The position numbers and the translations under genes were made by a program. The notes under the pieces were generated by a model that worked only from the letters and a program-made list of their open reading frames with translations, was not told the origin of the DNA and made no database searches. From Macrostomum lignano (lineage: Eukaryota): a DNA stretch of 64,000 nt. The stretch's first letter is position 1, and each line of letters opens with the position of its first letter. The DNA is taken from the NCBI GenBank assembly GCA_002269645.1, contig NIVC01000554.1, positions 113,781 to 177,780 on the forward strand. Reading direction: 5' to 3'. Positions 48,022 to 62,400 of this stretch are shown here, piece after piece.

Positions 48022-51000
48022 TCACACGATCGCAATGGCCCGCAGCCGAACCAGAAACATTTCGAACTGTTCAGCAAAAGCCAACCGGGCCGGCCTGTCG
48101 GGAAATCGACGCGACTGAGCGCCGGCACCATTCACTGAGCCGGACGGCGCCGTACGCGACGAAGCGGCGGCGGCTTCGGCGACGCCGGTGGCCAGCTGGT
48201 TCAGAGCGTCGCCAAGGCGCTCACGCCGACGCTCGTCTGGGGAGCTGCCGCCGTCGCTAATCAGCCAAGCGTCGGCCAGAGCGGCAAACGCGGCCGGGTC
48301 GGCCAGACAGAGGGCCAAGACGGCGTCCGACACCAGCGAGCCGCCCGAGTCCAAACCGTCCAGGGAGGCGGCGGCGGCGGCCGGGTCCGATGGCGCCGAG
48401 TTCGACTGGGGGCAGAGCAGGGCGGCCAGCAGCGGACCGGCGTGGCGGCCCGACAGCGGCCAGCCGGACAGGGCCAAGGCGGACACGCATTCGCAGGCAA
48501 GTCGGCGACTGTCCGAGGGCTGCGGGAGAATGAGACAGTTATCTCATTTTATTCTACTTATACGTATTCTACTCATGGGATAATTCTCCCCAAGCCCAAT
48601 CTACTCCGGGGATAATTCTCCTCAAGCCCAATCTACTCATGGGATAATTATCCCCAAGCTCAATCTACTCGTGGGATAATTCTCCGCAAGCCCAATCTAC
48701 TCCGGGGATAATTCTCCCCAAGCCCAATCTACTCCGGGGATAATTCTCCCCAAGCCCAATCTACTCCGGGGATAATTCTCCCCAAGCCCAATCTACTCCG
48801 GGGATAATTCTCCCCAAGCCCAATCTACTCCGGAGATAATTCTCCCCAGCCCAATCTACTCCGGGAATAATTCTCCCCAGCCCAATCTACTCCGGGGATA
48901 ATTCTCCCTAAGCCCAATCTACTCATGGGATAATTCTCTCCAAGCCCAATCTACTCGTGGGATAATTCTCCCCAAGCTCAATCTACTCGTGGGATAATTC
49001 TCCCCAAGCCCAATCTTCTCGTGGGATAATTCTCCCCAAGCTCAATCTACTCCTGGGATAATTGTCAAGCCTAATCTACTCATGGGATAATTCTCCCACC
49101 GACTCACCAGCTCGCCGGCTAGAGCCGGTCGCAGGCAGCCCATAGCCAGACTATTCAACGCCTCCTCAGGCATCGCCAGAAGCCGGTCGGAGGCGGCCTC
49201 GGCCGCGGCCACGCACAGTCGCAGGGTTGGCTCGGCCAGTTCGGCCGGGTCCTCGGCCAGACGACGGGCCACCGCGGGCAGCAGGTCGGCGAATCCGGAC
49301 ACAGCGGCGGCTTCGGTCTCGGCACCGGTCGAAGCGGTCTCGCCACCATCCAGCAGATGCTCCTCGGGCTCGGACCAGAAGTCCAGCAGAGACTGGGACA
49401 GCATGCTGTGCAGCAGGCCGACCAGCTGACCGAGCTCGGACGCGTCGGCCGGGGGCGTGCGCTGTCCGACAATTCGACACAGCCGACTGGCCACGGCTTG
49501 GAGACGCCTGGAGGTCTATATAGGGGAAAACGAAATAGAGCTAGAAAATATCCCGGAAATATCCCGGATATGGAAACCGGAAATATCCCCGATATGGCAA
49601 CCGGAAATATCCCCGACATGGAAACCGAAAGTATCCCCGATATGGAAACCGAAAATATCACTGATATGAAACCAAAAACAATCCTAGTTATACAGTAAAA
49701 ATCCCCCCTAGAGACTACCATTACCAAAACTCCCACTTAGAAACAACACTAAATCCCACACGGAAACTACACTAAATCCCACACGGAAACTACACTAAAT
49801 CCCACACGGAAACTACACTAAATCCCACACGGAAACTACACTAAATCCCACACGGAAACTACACTAAATCCCACACGGAAACTACACTAAATCCCACACG
49901 GAAACTACACTAAATCCCACACGGAAACTACACTAAATCCCACACGGAAACTACACAAAATCCCACACGGAAACTACACTAAATCCCACACGGAAACTAC
50001 ACTAAATCCCACACGGAAACTACACGAAATTCCACACGGAAACTACACTAAATCCACACGGAAACTACACTAAATCCCACACGGTAACCATCCACATAAC
50101 GGTGAATTCCGTTCTCCCCTACAAACCTGTACGCTAGCAGGCGCAGCGGCGGCGGTGACGCAGGCAGCAGTGAGGCGCACCAGCGGTCCCAGCAGCATCG
50201 GGGCGGCGTTGGCAGCCAAGGCTGGCAGATTGGCGGCAGCTTCAGCCAGTGGCAGCAGAGACGATTCAGCGATAGCGGCATCGCGACAGCCGGCCAAAGC
50301 GTCGAGGGCGAGGGCGAGAGCGGCCTCGGTTGAGGAGTCGGGCAAGCCGCTCGAGATGAGTTCACCAGCTCGAAGCTGCAGACGGCCAACGGTGACACCC
50401 CAGTAGGTTCGCTCGCGTTCCACAGCGTCGGAATGGCGACCGTCCTTGGCCGGCTGGTCGGCCGCGGTGGACAGAGCTCGGCCGGCTTGGACAACGGCCC
50501 GGACAGCGGTGGACAGCGCTGCGGGGGGCGCCTGAGTCAGCGGCGGCGTTAGCGCGCCGATATCCTGGGCCAGCTGCCACCAGCTGGGCAGGCTGGCCAC
50601 CAGAGAGGAGAGAAAGTTCAGCTTGGAGGTGCGGCGAACTCGAGTGCCTGAGCTGCCGCAGTACTTGATGCTGCAGAGGGTTCGGGATGCTGGGGCTTTG
50701 GCCGAAATTCACTTGAGCCGCTTTTCAGCAGCCTAATCAGCTAGAGACAGTAGCAATAAATTACTGTGAATGGCTACTGTGAATGGCTATTGTGAATGAA
50801 ATACTGTGAATGGCTACTGTGAATGAAATACTGTGAATGGCTACTGTGAATGGCTACTGTGAATGAAATACTGTGAATGGCTACTGTGAATGAAATACTG
50901 TGAATGGCTACTGTGAATGAAATACTGTGAATGGCTACTGTGAATGGCTATTGTGAATGAATTACTGTGAATGATTTACTGTGAATGGCTATTGTGAATG

Positions 51001-54000
51001 AAATACTGTGAATGGCTACTGTGAATGGCTATTGTGAATGAAATACTGTGAATGGCTACTGTGAATGAAATACTGTGAATGGCTACTGTGAATGGCTACT
51101 GTGAATTAAATACTGTGAATGGCTACTGTGAATGACTATTGTGAATGAAATACTGTGAATGGCTACTGTGAATGAATTACTGTGAATGATTTACTGTGAA
51201 TGGCTACTGTGAATGGCTACTGTGAATGAAGTACTGTGAATAGCTACTGTGAATGGCTATTGTGAATGAATTACTGTGAATGATTTACTGTGAATGGCTA
51301 TTGTGAATGAAGTACTGTGAATAGCTACTGTGAATGGCTACTGCAATTAAATTACTGTGAACGGGCTGGTTAGTGGATGGATGTGAATGGACCTAAACTC
51401 ACCAGTCGCGCCGCTCAGTCAGGGCGCACATCAGCTTGGCCGCTTCATTTGCCAGCTCGGGCTCACCCGGCCACCTGGCCAGGCAGACTCGGCAATAATC
51501 TACAGCAAACTGAGCGCAGCAGCGCAGAGATTCGCCGCTGTCCTGACCGAAAGCAGCAAGGATGGCGGGACTGATGGTGTCGTAGAGAGTTTCGTCTAGA
51601 CCGAAATACACGCGGGACAGGCGGGACAGAAGCCAGGCGATGTCAGTCAGTACCTGAAAAAAAATATTTTTGTAAATACCGGTACGTATCGAAAACAATA
51701 CGAAAGATAAGAAAGCCCGATATGTATCGAAAACAATAAGAAAGATGAGAGCCCGATACGTATCGAAAAAAATAAGAAAGATAAAAATCCCGATATGTAT
51801 CGAAAACAATATACCAAAGATAAGAGAACCCGATGTGTGTCGAAAACAGTAATTATGCCTGATATTTTTCGAAAACAATAAGCAAGCCCGATATGTATCG
51901 AACAGTACGAAGGCCCGATATGTATCGAAATAAACAACAAACCGATATGTATCGAAAGCAATTATAACCAGCCTGATCAGGCGCTCACCAGCGGGCTGGG
52001 CTCGGGCGCGGTCCTCGCCAGCAGACAGGCCATCCGCATGACGGCGGCCACCAGCTGCAGCAGGCGATCAACCTGCTGACTGTGGCCGCCGCCGGCTCGG
52101 CCCTGGCCTTGACAAGCCTCGCACAGAGCTCGGACACTCTCGGCCACATTGGCCGACTGGGCCAGCGACTCGGACATGAGGCTGCGTGGTACAAACGGCG
52201 CCGCCTCCTCGGCGTCCGGTTCAACAATCACGTGACCAACAACCAGCAGCAGCCAGTGGGCATCCTCCGAGGCCGACCAGACGGCGGCAGCGGACGCCCC
52301 AGGCTGCTGAACTCCAGCCAGCAGTTCGGCGCGCTGATCCAGCGCCTCGGCCAAAGCGCTAAGCGCGAACGCCGGCGCCCGGCGCGCAAATTCGCCAGCA
52401 GCGGCCAGAGCGGAAGCGAATCGAACCTGGTCCGTCTCCTCCAGCTCGTGCACCGATTCGTCGTCGTCCGCTTCAGTCGCCTGTCGCTGCTGCATCGCCG
52501 CCAGGCCGCGGAATCCGTCAGGCGGCGCCAGGCGGGAGCGCATCAGGGCGGCGAACAGCGTCTGGGCGATTGGGCCGACTGTTGAGGCGGCCGACGCTTC
52601 CGTCGAGGAGGCTGCGGAGGCCAGGTCCGCTGCGCTGCCAGCTGGGGCAGGATTTAAGGGCGGATATACACTGGGGATCATTCAGAGCTGGTTTAAAACT
52701 GCCTAGAAAGTATTACCTAATTGCCTGATTGACAGGTTGACCCGGAGCACTATCCTAATTGCAGCGTACTCAAACCTACACCAGCCTACTTAAACCCACA
52801 CCAGCCTACTCAAACCCACACCAGCCTACTTAAACCCACACCAGCCTACTCAAACCCACACCAGCCTACTTAAACCCACACCAGCCTACTCAAACCCACA
52901 CCAGCCTACTTAAACCCACACCAGCCTACTCAAACCCACACCAGCCTACTCAAACCATCTACGCCGATCTACCCAGCAGCTCACAGTAAATCCCCACTCA
53001 CAATCGAACGGTCCACCGGAAGAGTCGGCAGCGAACAGATGCGCCCAGGCGTCCAGCAGGCTGTCCGCCGCTTCGGACACCCCGGCGCTGGCGTCAGCAG
53101 CTCCGCTAGCCGACGAGGCGGAGGCGGCAGCTTCCAAGGCTCTGACGGTGAGCTCGGCAGCTTGGCTAGCCAGTGCAGCCGGCAGCCGGTCCAACGAGCT
53201 GCAACAGCCGCCGCTGTGCTGGCACAGGTTGGCGAACACATTGGCAAAGCCGGTGAGCTCCGGGCCGCCGGCAGCCGGCAGCCCCTGCTGCAGCGCCGCG
53301 GAGTACAGACTGGCCAAGCTGGTGAAGTGCGCCTCCTTGGCCGTGTGATTGGCGAACACGCCGGGGCCGCTGAGCGACGCCAGCTGGCTGATGCAGGCCA
53401 GACAGAGTCTGACCAGCTCGTGGCTGATGTTCAATTGCTGTTGCTGCTCCTGCTGTTGCTGCTGCTGCTGCAGGTGCTGGCGAAGGTTGGTGAGCAGGTC
53501 GAATAGGGCTGGTAGAAGGCCGGAATCGAGCAGCACAGTGCGCCAGTTATCGTTAGGGCGTAGAATACCGGCTGGACCGGACTGCGGGCGGGTGAGGAAG
53601 TAAATTTGTGATTAATTTGAGTGATTGAGTTATTGATTCTCTAATTAAGTGATTGATTGATTGACTGACTGATTGATTGATTGACTGACTGATTGATTAA
53701 TTGATTGATTGACTGATTGATTGACTGAGTGATTGATTAACTGGTTGATTGACTGATTGATTGACTGAGTGATTGATTGATTGATTGATTGATTGATGGT
53801 GTAATATATTGATTGATCAATTGACAGATTATTAGTGAGAAATACTGACTGAGTGACTGGTTGATAAACACATTGGCAACCAAAGCGAGCCAACGGCGCA
53901 CACTCATGTTACCTGCAATCCAGCCAGCCGCCTCGGCAGCCTCTTAGGCAGGAAATCCCAGCTAAGCGCGCACTCCATTGCCTGCAGCAGCGGCAGCAGC

Positions 54001-55402
54001 AGATCGGCATTAGAAGCAACAAACTCTGAGCTAGTAGCCGACGCCGCGGCGCAGCGAACGCACAGCACGAAGGCTCTCAACAGGCCGGCCTCCTCGAACT
54101 GGCGCCTCCGCTTGACGTGCTCCTCCCAGGCCAGGCCGCACCTGCCCAGCTGGTATTCGTTTAGCAGGGCGCGAAGGCCGGCGCAGCCCAGCAACTGGGC
54201 GGCTCGATCCGAGTTTGGCTGGGTCAGCAGCTGCTCCATCTCGTCCACCATACGGCTGGGCGTGTCGCACAGCTTCGCCATGGTGCACACGGCCAGCAGC
54301 ACCTTGGGAGAGACAGACAGTCGCGGAGTAAAGATTCAGTAAGGATGGGTTCGTCACTTGCACCCACATCAGCCAGCCGCACAGGTGACTGCCGCACACC
54401 CACCTACCCAGTACACCCCACGTGCCCAATCCCACACCCCACCTACCCAATCCCACACCCCACCTACCCAATCCCACGCCCCACCTATCCAATCCCACAT
54501 CCACCTACCCAATCCCACACCCACCTACCCAGTACACCCCACGTGCCCAATCCCACACCCCACCTACCCAATCCTACACCCCACCTACCCAATCCCACGC
54601 CCCACCTATCCAATCCCACACCCACCTACCCAATCCCACACCCACCTACCCAATCCCACGCCCCACCTATCCAATCCCACACCCACCTACCCAATCCCAC
54701 ACCCACCTACCCAATCCCACACCCCACCTACCCAATCCCATACCCCACCTACCCAATTCCACACCCCACCTACCCAATCCCACACCCTACCTACCCAATC
54801 CCACACCCCACCTACCCAATCCCACACCCCACCTACAAAGTCCCACACCCCACCCGCCCATGCCACACCCCACCTACCCAATCCCACACCCCATCGGCAT
54901 TTACCCAAACCCACACCCCACCTACCCAATCCCACACCCCACCTACCTAATCCCACACCCCACCTACCCAATCCTACACCCCACCTACCCAATCCCACAC
55001 CCCACCTACCCAATCCCACACCCCATCTACCAAATCCCACACCCCACCTACCCAATCCCACACCCCACCCGCCCATCCCACCTGCTCCCGCACGAAGACC
55101 GGCAGTTCGTGCCGCCTTTCTCCCAGCAGGTGCAGCAGCGACACCCTGAGCTGCTCCACGGCATCGGCAGGCAGGTCTCGCCACTCCCTCAGCAGAGCAT
55201 GCCTCATCGTGCTAGCAGCCTCAAACATGAGCAGCGGATTAGCCGATGCAGCCAGCAGCCTGCGGCACAAATCGTAGGGCCGGGCAGCTCGCCGGAACTC
55301 CATGACGGTGTCGGTGGCGGACTGCCGCTCAGCCTGGCTGAGATGCGGCAGCTGCACCAGCTGAGTGGCCCGTTCCAATTCGGCAATTTGCAGTTCCATC
55401 AT
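48022..55402 (-). CDS. XPO4: Exportin-4, about 1214 aa
   Basis: Exons 55402-55082, 54302-53913, 53581-53002, 52641-51989, 51653-51403, ~50670-50127, 49515-49108 and 48519-48022, phases consistent. Motifs matching XPO4 as I recall it: VREQ|VLLAV, LSWDFLP, LRPNDNWRTVLLDS, CISQLASLSGP, DIAWLLSRL...LYDTIS, ELANEAAKL, SLLDF. The exon 6 acceptor is ambiguous (50670 or 50652). Confidence 0.92.
48575..49100. repeat. 32-bp minisatellite (ctactccggggataattctccccaagcccaat)n, XPO4 intron 7
   Basis: Tandem units visible directly. Confidence 0.95.
49550..50085. repeat. 24-bp (ggaaatatccccgatatggaaacc) and 23-bp (cacacggaaactacactaaatcc) arrays, XPO4 intron 6
   Basis: Two adjacent arrays at 49550-49670 and 49745-50085. 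Confidence 0.93.
50760..51362. repeat. 13/14-bp minisatellite (tactgtgaatggc / tactgtgaatgaaa)n, XPO4 intron 5
   Basis: Tandem units visible directly. Confidence 0.95.
51680..51960. repeat. Degenerate ~40-bp repeat (cccgatatgtatcgaaaacaata...), XPO4 intron 4
   Basis: About 7 diverged units. Confidence 0.85.
52770..52955. repeat. 20-bp minisatellite (caaacccacaccagcctact)n, XPO4 intron 3
   Basis: Tandem units visible directly. Confidence 0.95.
53640..53815. repeat. (GATT/GACT)n microsatellite, XPO4 intron 2
   Basis: Visible directly. Confidence 0.9.
54365..55080. repeat. ~21-bp C-rich minisatellite (cccaatcccacaccccaccta)n, XPO4 intron 1
   Basis: Tandem units visible directly; G-rich on the sense strand. 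Confidence 0.95.
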
Positions 55403-55734
55403 GCTTTTTTATTGTTTCCAAAATTTCTGCTTCGCGAGTTCTACGCAACTATTTTCAAGTCGTAGTCTCAATGAATTGAAATGATTCAACGATTCAATTG
55501 TTACAACACAACCGCTGCCGCTGCTATCAAACTGCTAACCACCTCGTCTCGCACTGCAAATGACTGAAAGAATTATTTAAGAAAGAAATTATTATGCGGA
55601 TTAGCTACTGATTCGACTGAGTAGGATGCAGCAGAATAGAAAACACGAGCTAATTTTAACAGTTTTCAATTTATCAAACTTTATCAGTTCTGTATCTAAA
55701 ATATTTGCAAGCCTCGCTATAAGCTTTTTCCTAT

Positions 55735-56225
55735 ATAGATTCCCTTATCTACATCCCCTTATCTAGATTCCCTTAATATACATTCCCCTTATCTAGATTC
55801 CCCTAATATAGATTCCCCTTATCTAGATTCCCCTAATATAGATTCCCCTTATCTAGATTCCCCTAATATAGATTCCCCTAATATAGATTCCCCTAATATA
55901 GATTCCCCTAATATAGATTCCCCTTATCTAGATTCCCCTAATATAGATTCCCCTAATATAGATTCCCCTTATCTAGATTCCCCTAATATAGATTCCCCTA
56001 ATATAGATTCCCATAATATAGATTCCCCTAATATAGATTCCCCTAATCTAGATTCCCCTTATCTAGATTCCTCCTAACTAGATTCCTATAACTAGATCTC
56101 CTTATTTAGATTCCTCAATCTAAATTCTCCTTAACTAGATTCCTTTAAGTAGATTCCCTTATCTAGATTCCTCTTATCTAAATTCGCTTATCTAGATTTC
56201 CTATCTAGACTCCTGTCATCTAGAT
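55735..56225. repeat. 15-bp minisatellite (tagattcccctaata / tagattccccttatc)n
   Basis: Tandem units that decay toward 56225. Confidence 0.93.
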
Positions 56226-56619
56226 TCTCCTATCAGACTATTTACACAATGTACTGCTACACATTTAAATAAAAATCTGTTCAAAAGCAGTATGCAATTT
56301 TTCAAATGTACCAAGCAAATGATAGAATGAAACTGCTTGACTAAACAGGTCACATTAATGCTGTTGATATTATTATCATTATTATTGGTAAGAAAGCCAC
56401 AAGCTAAACAGGGACATACAAGGGGATCTGTATGAAAATAGATAGATTAGCAAGCATTTTTGCTTTACTAAAATCAAGCAATCAGCAAGTTGGTAACGTT
56501 GCTAACAGTATAAACATAATTTTAACTATTTTATCATACTAAAGCAAATTTAAGCTACTCCTCAAACTGCCTTAAGACTTCAAGACTTCGGCATTTTTCT
56601 CAAATAGTTACACTCGAGT

Positions 56620-57486
56620 CTTCCGCACTCCCTAACACACTCGAGTCTTCCGCCCCCTCTCCCCTAACACACTCGAGTCTTCCGCCCCCACTCCCCTAAC
56701 ACACTCGAGTCTTCCGCCCCCACCCCTAACACACTCGAGTCTTCCGCCCCCTCTCCCCTAACACACTCGAGTCTTCCGCCCCCACTCCCCTAACACACTC
56801 GAGTCTTCCGCCCCCTCTCCCCTAACACACTCGAGTCTTCCGCCCCCTCTCCCCTAACACACTCGAGTCTTCCGCCCCCTCTCCCCTAACACACTCGAGT
56901 CTTCCGCCCCCACTCCCCTAACACACTCGAGTCTTCCGCCCCCACTCCCCTAACACACTCGAGTCTTCCGCCCCCTCTCCCCTAACACACTCGAGTCTTC
57001 CGCCCCCTCTCCCCTAACACACTCGAGTCTTCCGCCCCCACTCCCCTAACACACTCGAGTCTTCCGCCCCCTCTCCCCTAACACACTCGAGTCTTCCGCC
57101 CCCTCTCCCCTAACACACTCGAGTCTTCCGCCCCCACTCCCCTAACACACTCGAGTCTTCCGCCCCCACTCCCCTAACACACTCCAGTCTTCCGCCCCCT
57201 CTCCCCTAACACACTTGAGTCTTCCGCCCCCTCTCCCCTAACACACTCGAGTCTTCCGCCCCCACTCCCCTAACACACTCGAGTCTTCCGCCCCCACTCC
57301 CCTAACACACTCGAGTCTTCCGCCCCCTCTCCCCTAACACACTCGAGTCTTCCGCCCCACTCCCCTAACACACTCGAGTCTTCCGCCCCCACTCCCCTAA
57401 CACACTCGAGTCTTCCGCCCCCTCTCCCCTAACACACTCGAGTCTTCCGCCCCCACTCCCCTAACACACTCGAGTCTTCCGCCCCA
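56620..57486. repeat. 31-bp minisatellite (ctcccctaacacactcgagtcttccgccccc)n
   Basis: About 28 units abutting the TOM22 stop. Confidence 0.97.
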
Positions 57487-57488
57487 TC

Positions 57489-57929
57489 CTAAGCGTGAGC
57501 AAAAGCCGGCTGCCCCGCAGCGGACGCACTGGCCGGTCCCAGCATCATTTTCCGTTCATTCTCCAGCTCGGCCTCTTCAACTCCGACCCGTTCGCGTTCG
57601 ATGATGAGCGGCAGCAGCGCGATGAGGCCGGTGGTGGTGGCCACCCAGGCTAGATTGCTGGCCTGTCGAAAGCTCCACAAAGTCAGCTGGAAGCTGCCGG
57701 ACACCAGCCCGCTGGCCGCACTGCGCACCGGTTTTGGGAACATTTCGGCCAGGGCCAGAATTCTCTCGGCAACTGTCTCGTCTTCAAGTTTGTCCTCGTC
57801 ATCAAGGACATCTTCGATGGGTTTCTGCTGCTGTTGCTGAGGCTCTGAAGACATCGCGCCGCTGCCGCCTACCAGAGGGTACGCTGGTGGCGGCGGTCGG
57901 TCGCCATCGAAAGGTGCCAGGCCTGACAT
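57489..57929 (-). CDS. TOMM22: Mitochondrial import receptor subunit TOM22, single coding exon, 146 aa
   Basis: Acidic patch then DETVAERILALAEMFP, a TM segment AWVATTTGLIALLPLIIERER, and MMLGP, all matching the Tom22 family pattern. Confidence 0.93.
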   Translation of the reverse strand: MSGLAPFDGDRPPPPAYPLVGGSGAMSSEPQQQQQKPIEDVLDDEDKLEDETVAERILALAEMFPKPVRSAASGLVSGSFQLTLWSFRQASNLAWVATTTGLIALLPLIIERERVGVEEAELENERKMMLGPASASAAGQPAFAHA

Positions 57930-58014
57930 GACTGCAGATTACGGAGCATGCAATGCAGGTATTCTGTTGTTGAGAACTAATAATTGACTGATTGACTGCT
58001 AATCTGTTGCCTGA

Positions 58015-58335
58015 GTGAGACTGTGCATGACTCTACACCTGTGCTCTGAGTGAGACTCTGTAGGACTCTACACTTGTGCTCTGAGTGAGACTCTGCAGGA
58101 CTCTACACCTGTGCTCTGAGTGAGACTCTGCAGGACTCTACACTTGTGCTCTGAGTGAGACTCTGTAGGACTCTACACTTGTGCTCTGAGTGAGACTCTG
58201 CAGGACTCTACACCTGTGCTCTGAGTGAGACTCTGCAGGACTCTACACCTGTGCTCTGAGTGAGACTCTGCAGGACTCTACACCTGTGCTCTGAGTGAGA
58301 CTCTGCAGGACTCTACACCTGTGCTCTCAGTGAGA
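58015..58335. repeat. 35-bp minisatellite (gagtgagactctgcaggactctacacctgtgctct)n
   Basis: About 9 units. Confidence 0.95.
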
Positions 58336-58872
58336 TTCTAATAAGTCAAAGAATTGTGAATAAACAAACAAAAGAGCAAAAGCTTTCTTTTATGATTCAA
58401 TTAAAATCGCTTTTTAAAATTGATACAGCATATCAGAACATGGTTTGCGAGAGATTAAATTAAACCTATTTAACTGTTAAAGATAATTGCTAGACAAAAT
58501 GACAAGAACTTTTCAATTGAACAGTGTAACAATTAAAACTTTTAACACACAGTAATGTATTGCTATACATTTTTGAGATGAATGCCAACAAGAAAGTATT
58601 ATAACCATAATTGAACAGAAAATTAATAAAAAAACAGCGAACTTATTTTCACAAGGACTTTGCCCAGTGACACAACAATACAGTTTGTAAAAATTGATTA
58701 TTACATAAAGCAAAGTTCTGCGCGTTTCTCGAGACTTGCATACAGCTTTATAGTCGTCATATTACATCAATTTGTGAACTAGCATCGTCCAACTGCTGGA
58801 AACCATTCAAATGTGGAATAATAAAGAAATGCTTGAAAATTTAATAAAGCTAAATAGACAGTTGGACAGAGA

Positions 58873-59460
<588 letters not shown>

Positions 59461-59470
59461 CAGACAGACC

Positions 59471-62400
59471 TCAGCTAGCAGCGGGCAGCTCCAGAGCAGC
59501 AGCGGCAGCAGCCGCCGACTTTCTTTTGCCGCCGCCTCGCGGTTTTTTTGTCTTCGTCGTCGTCGCAGCCGTCGTAGACGCCGCCGCCGCGGTCGTCGGA
59601 TTCGTCGACAAAGTGTTGCTCGCGGAGTCGGCAGGTGCGGCAGGAGCGGCGGATTTTACGCCAGCCGAAGGGCCAACGCAGACGGGGCACTCCCAGTGAC
59701 CCTGCGGAATGTCCTGCAGCCCGAGGCAGAAAGTGTGAAAGCCCCTGTCGCAGGCGTCGCAGAACATCATGCGCTCCTCGTTGCCAGGGTCGAGGCACTC
59801 CTGGCAGCGCTTGCAGTCCATGCACTGCCAGGCGTAGGCCCTGGCCGCTGTCAGCATGTTGTCTGGCAGCTGGAGGCAGGCTGCGTGGCCTCGGCTGCGG
59901 CACTCGCTGCACTCAATGACCTGCGGGGTTGGGGCGGACTCTAATGCGAAAAGGCTGGGACGATTCTTATGGGATCTTAGAGATTCTGAATCAGAGGTCG
60001 GCAAACTCAAGGGTCAGATTTAGAATCTAGCTCATGACTGCGGGCTAGAGAAGAGAGACAAGACGACATATGAGATATGAGAGCAGAGGGCAGATGAGAG
60101 AGGGCAGACGAGGGGAGAGAGGAGAGAGGGGAGATGAGGGGAGAGAGGGGAGATGAGGGAGGAGAGGGGAGAGAGGGGAGATGAGGGAGGAGAGGGGAGA
60201 GAGGGGAGATGAGGGAGGAGAGGGGAGAGAGGGAGATGAGGGAGGAGAGGGGAGAGAGGGGAGATGAGGGAGGAGAGGGGAGAGAGGGGAGATGAGGGAG
60301 GAGAGGGGAGAGAGGGGAGATGAGGGAGGAGAGGGGGAGATGAGGGAAGACAGGGGAGATGAGGAAGGAGAGAGGAGAGGAGAGAGATAAGAGAAGAGCG
60401 GAGACAAGGGGAGAGAGAAGAGATGAGAGATGAAAGAAGAGAGGAGAGACGAGGGGAGAGGAGAGAGGGGAGATGTGAGAGGAGGGGGAGAGAGGAGAGG
60501 AGAGAGGAGAGGAGAGATAAGAGAAGAGGGGAGACGAAGGGAGAGGGAAGAGATGAGAGATGAAAGAAGAGAGGAGAGACGAGGGGAGCGGAGAGGGGAG
60601 ATGAGGGGAAGAGGAGAGAGGGGAGATCTGAGAGGAGAGGGGAGATGTGAGGGGAGATGAGGGAAAGAGGAGAGGGATGAGATGAGATTAGATGAGATGG
60701 GAGAAGAGATGCCGACCCCTAAACGGAGCTAAAAATCGCGGTAATCGGTAATAACCCCATAAATCTAAAAGCATACTTAAAAAATGCCGAACGCGGAAAA
60801 AAGATTAAAATTTTCACCTGCCAAGCGGAGCAGTCACTCTGGCACACCGTACACTTCACGGCATTATCCAATCGAACAGGCGGCAATGGTGGTCGCCTAG
60901 GCAACGCGTATAAACAACTAGTCAGAGGCAGATAGTTCAACCGCTCGCTGCCAGCAGTGATGCTATCGGCGTGCTGGCAGCAGTCAGCGAACTGGCCAGG
61001 CAAAATGGCTACAGGATAAGCTGATCGTTCGCTTTTATCCTGCCGTGGAGGCGACTGCGGCTGTGTGACTGGCAGCAGCAGCTGCAGAGTCTGGGTGCAC
61101 ACGGCGCCTGAGGGCCGGTTGGCTAAGAAGCGCCGATTAAATGCCGAGGCGCTTTTTACAGCGCGCTGATGAGCGCGCTGCCTAGCGGACAGCTGCGGCG
61201 GCGGAGGCGGCAGCAGCGAGTTGGGCGCCGGAGGAACTGGGGGAGCGGCCGAATTTGACGCGTCGTTAGCAACGGTTGCTAGGGAGGATTGACGCGACGA
61301 TTGTTGCTGGCGTTGACGCTTTGTAGGCGGCGGCTGAGACTGCGTGGCGATTCGTTTGGGAGGGAATGAGATAACATGGGATTCGACTTGCCGCTGATGG
61401 TGAGGATCTGGGAGGCTGGCTGCATAGCAACTGAGGATCTGGGAGGCTGGCTGCATAGCAACTGAAGAGCTGGGAGGCTGGCTGCATAGCAACTGAGGAG
61501 CTGGGAGGCTGGCTGCATAGCAACTGAGGAGCTGGGAGGCTGGCTGCATAGCAACTGAGGAGCTGGGAGGCTGGCTGCATAGCAACTGAGGAGCTGGGAG
61601 GCTGCATGGCATAGCAACTGAAGAGCTGGGAGGCTGGCTGCATAGCAACTGAAGAGCTGGGAGGCTGGCTGCATAGCAACTGAGGAGCTGGGAGGCTGCA
61701 TGGCATAGCAACTGAGGAGCTGGGAGGCTGGCTGCATAGCAACTGAGGAGCTGGGAGGCTGGCTGCATAGCAACTGAGGAGCTGGGAGACTGCATGGCAT
61801 AGCAACTGAAGAGCTGGGAGGCTGGCTGCATAGCAACTGAGGAGCTGGGAGGCTGGCTGCATAGCAACTGAGGAGCTGGGAGGCTGGCTGCATAGCAACT
61901 GAGGATCTGGGAGGCTGCATGGCTGCATAACAACTGAGGATGTGGGAGGCTGGCTGCATAGCAACTGAGGATGTGGGAGGCTGGCTGCATAGCAACTGAA
62001 GAGCTGGGAGGCTGGCTGCATAGCAACTGAGGAGCTGGGAGGCTGGCTGCATAGCAACTGAGGAGCTGGGAGGCTGGCTGCATAGCAACTGAGGATCTGG
62101 GAGGCTGCATGGCTGCATAACAACTGAGGATCTGGGAGGCTGCATGGCTGCATAGCAACTGAAGAGCTGGGAGGCTTTCTGCATAGCAACTGAGGAGCTG
62201 GGAGGCTGGCTGCATAGCAACTGAAGAGCTGGGAGGCTGGCTGCATAGCAACTGAAGAGCTGGGAGGCTGACGGCATAGCAACTGAAGAGCTGGGAGGCT
62301 GGCTGCATAGCAACTGAGGAGCTGGGAGGCTGGCTGCATAGCAACTGAGGAGCTGGGAGGCTGCATGGCATAGCAACTGAGGAGCTGGGAGGCTGCATGG

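Noticed and set aside
47497-48138. 213-aa + strand ORF with (MMMIERQF)n
   Set aside because: It is a 21/24-bp minisatellite and overlaps the XPO4 last exon in antisense.
50127-50160. Frameshift between XPO4 exons 6 and 7
   Set aside because: The acceptor cccctatatag at 49516 restores phase 0 without any indel.
54345-55465. Pro/His/Thr-rich extensin-like ORFs
   Set aside because: Antisense translation of the XPO4 intron 1 minisatellite.
59635-59944. + strand ORFs overlapping GC-rich exons (also around 48188, 49227, 52082 and 53039)
   Set aside because: Antisense shadows of GC-rich coding exons with no independent motifs.
60045-60660. Pro/Ser/Leu-rich and Arg/Glu/Gly-rich ORFs
   Set aside because: Translations of a purine-rich intronic repeat.
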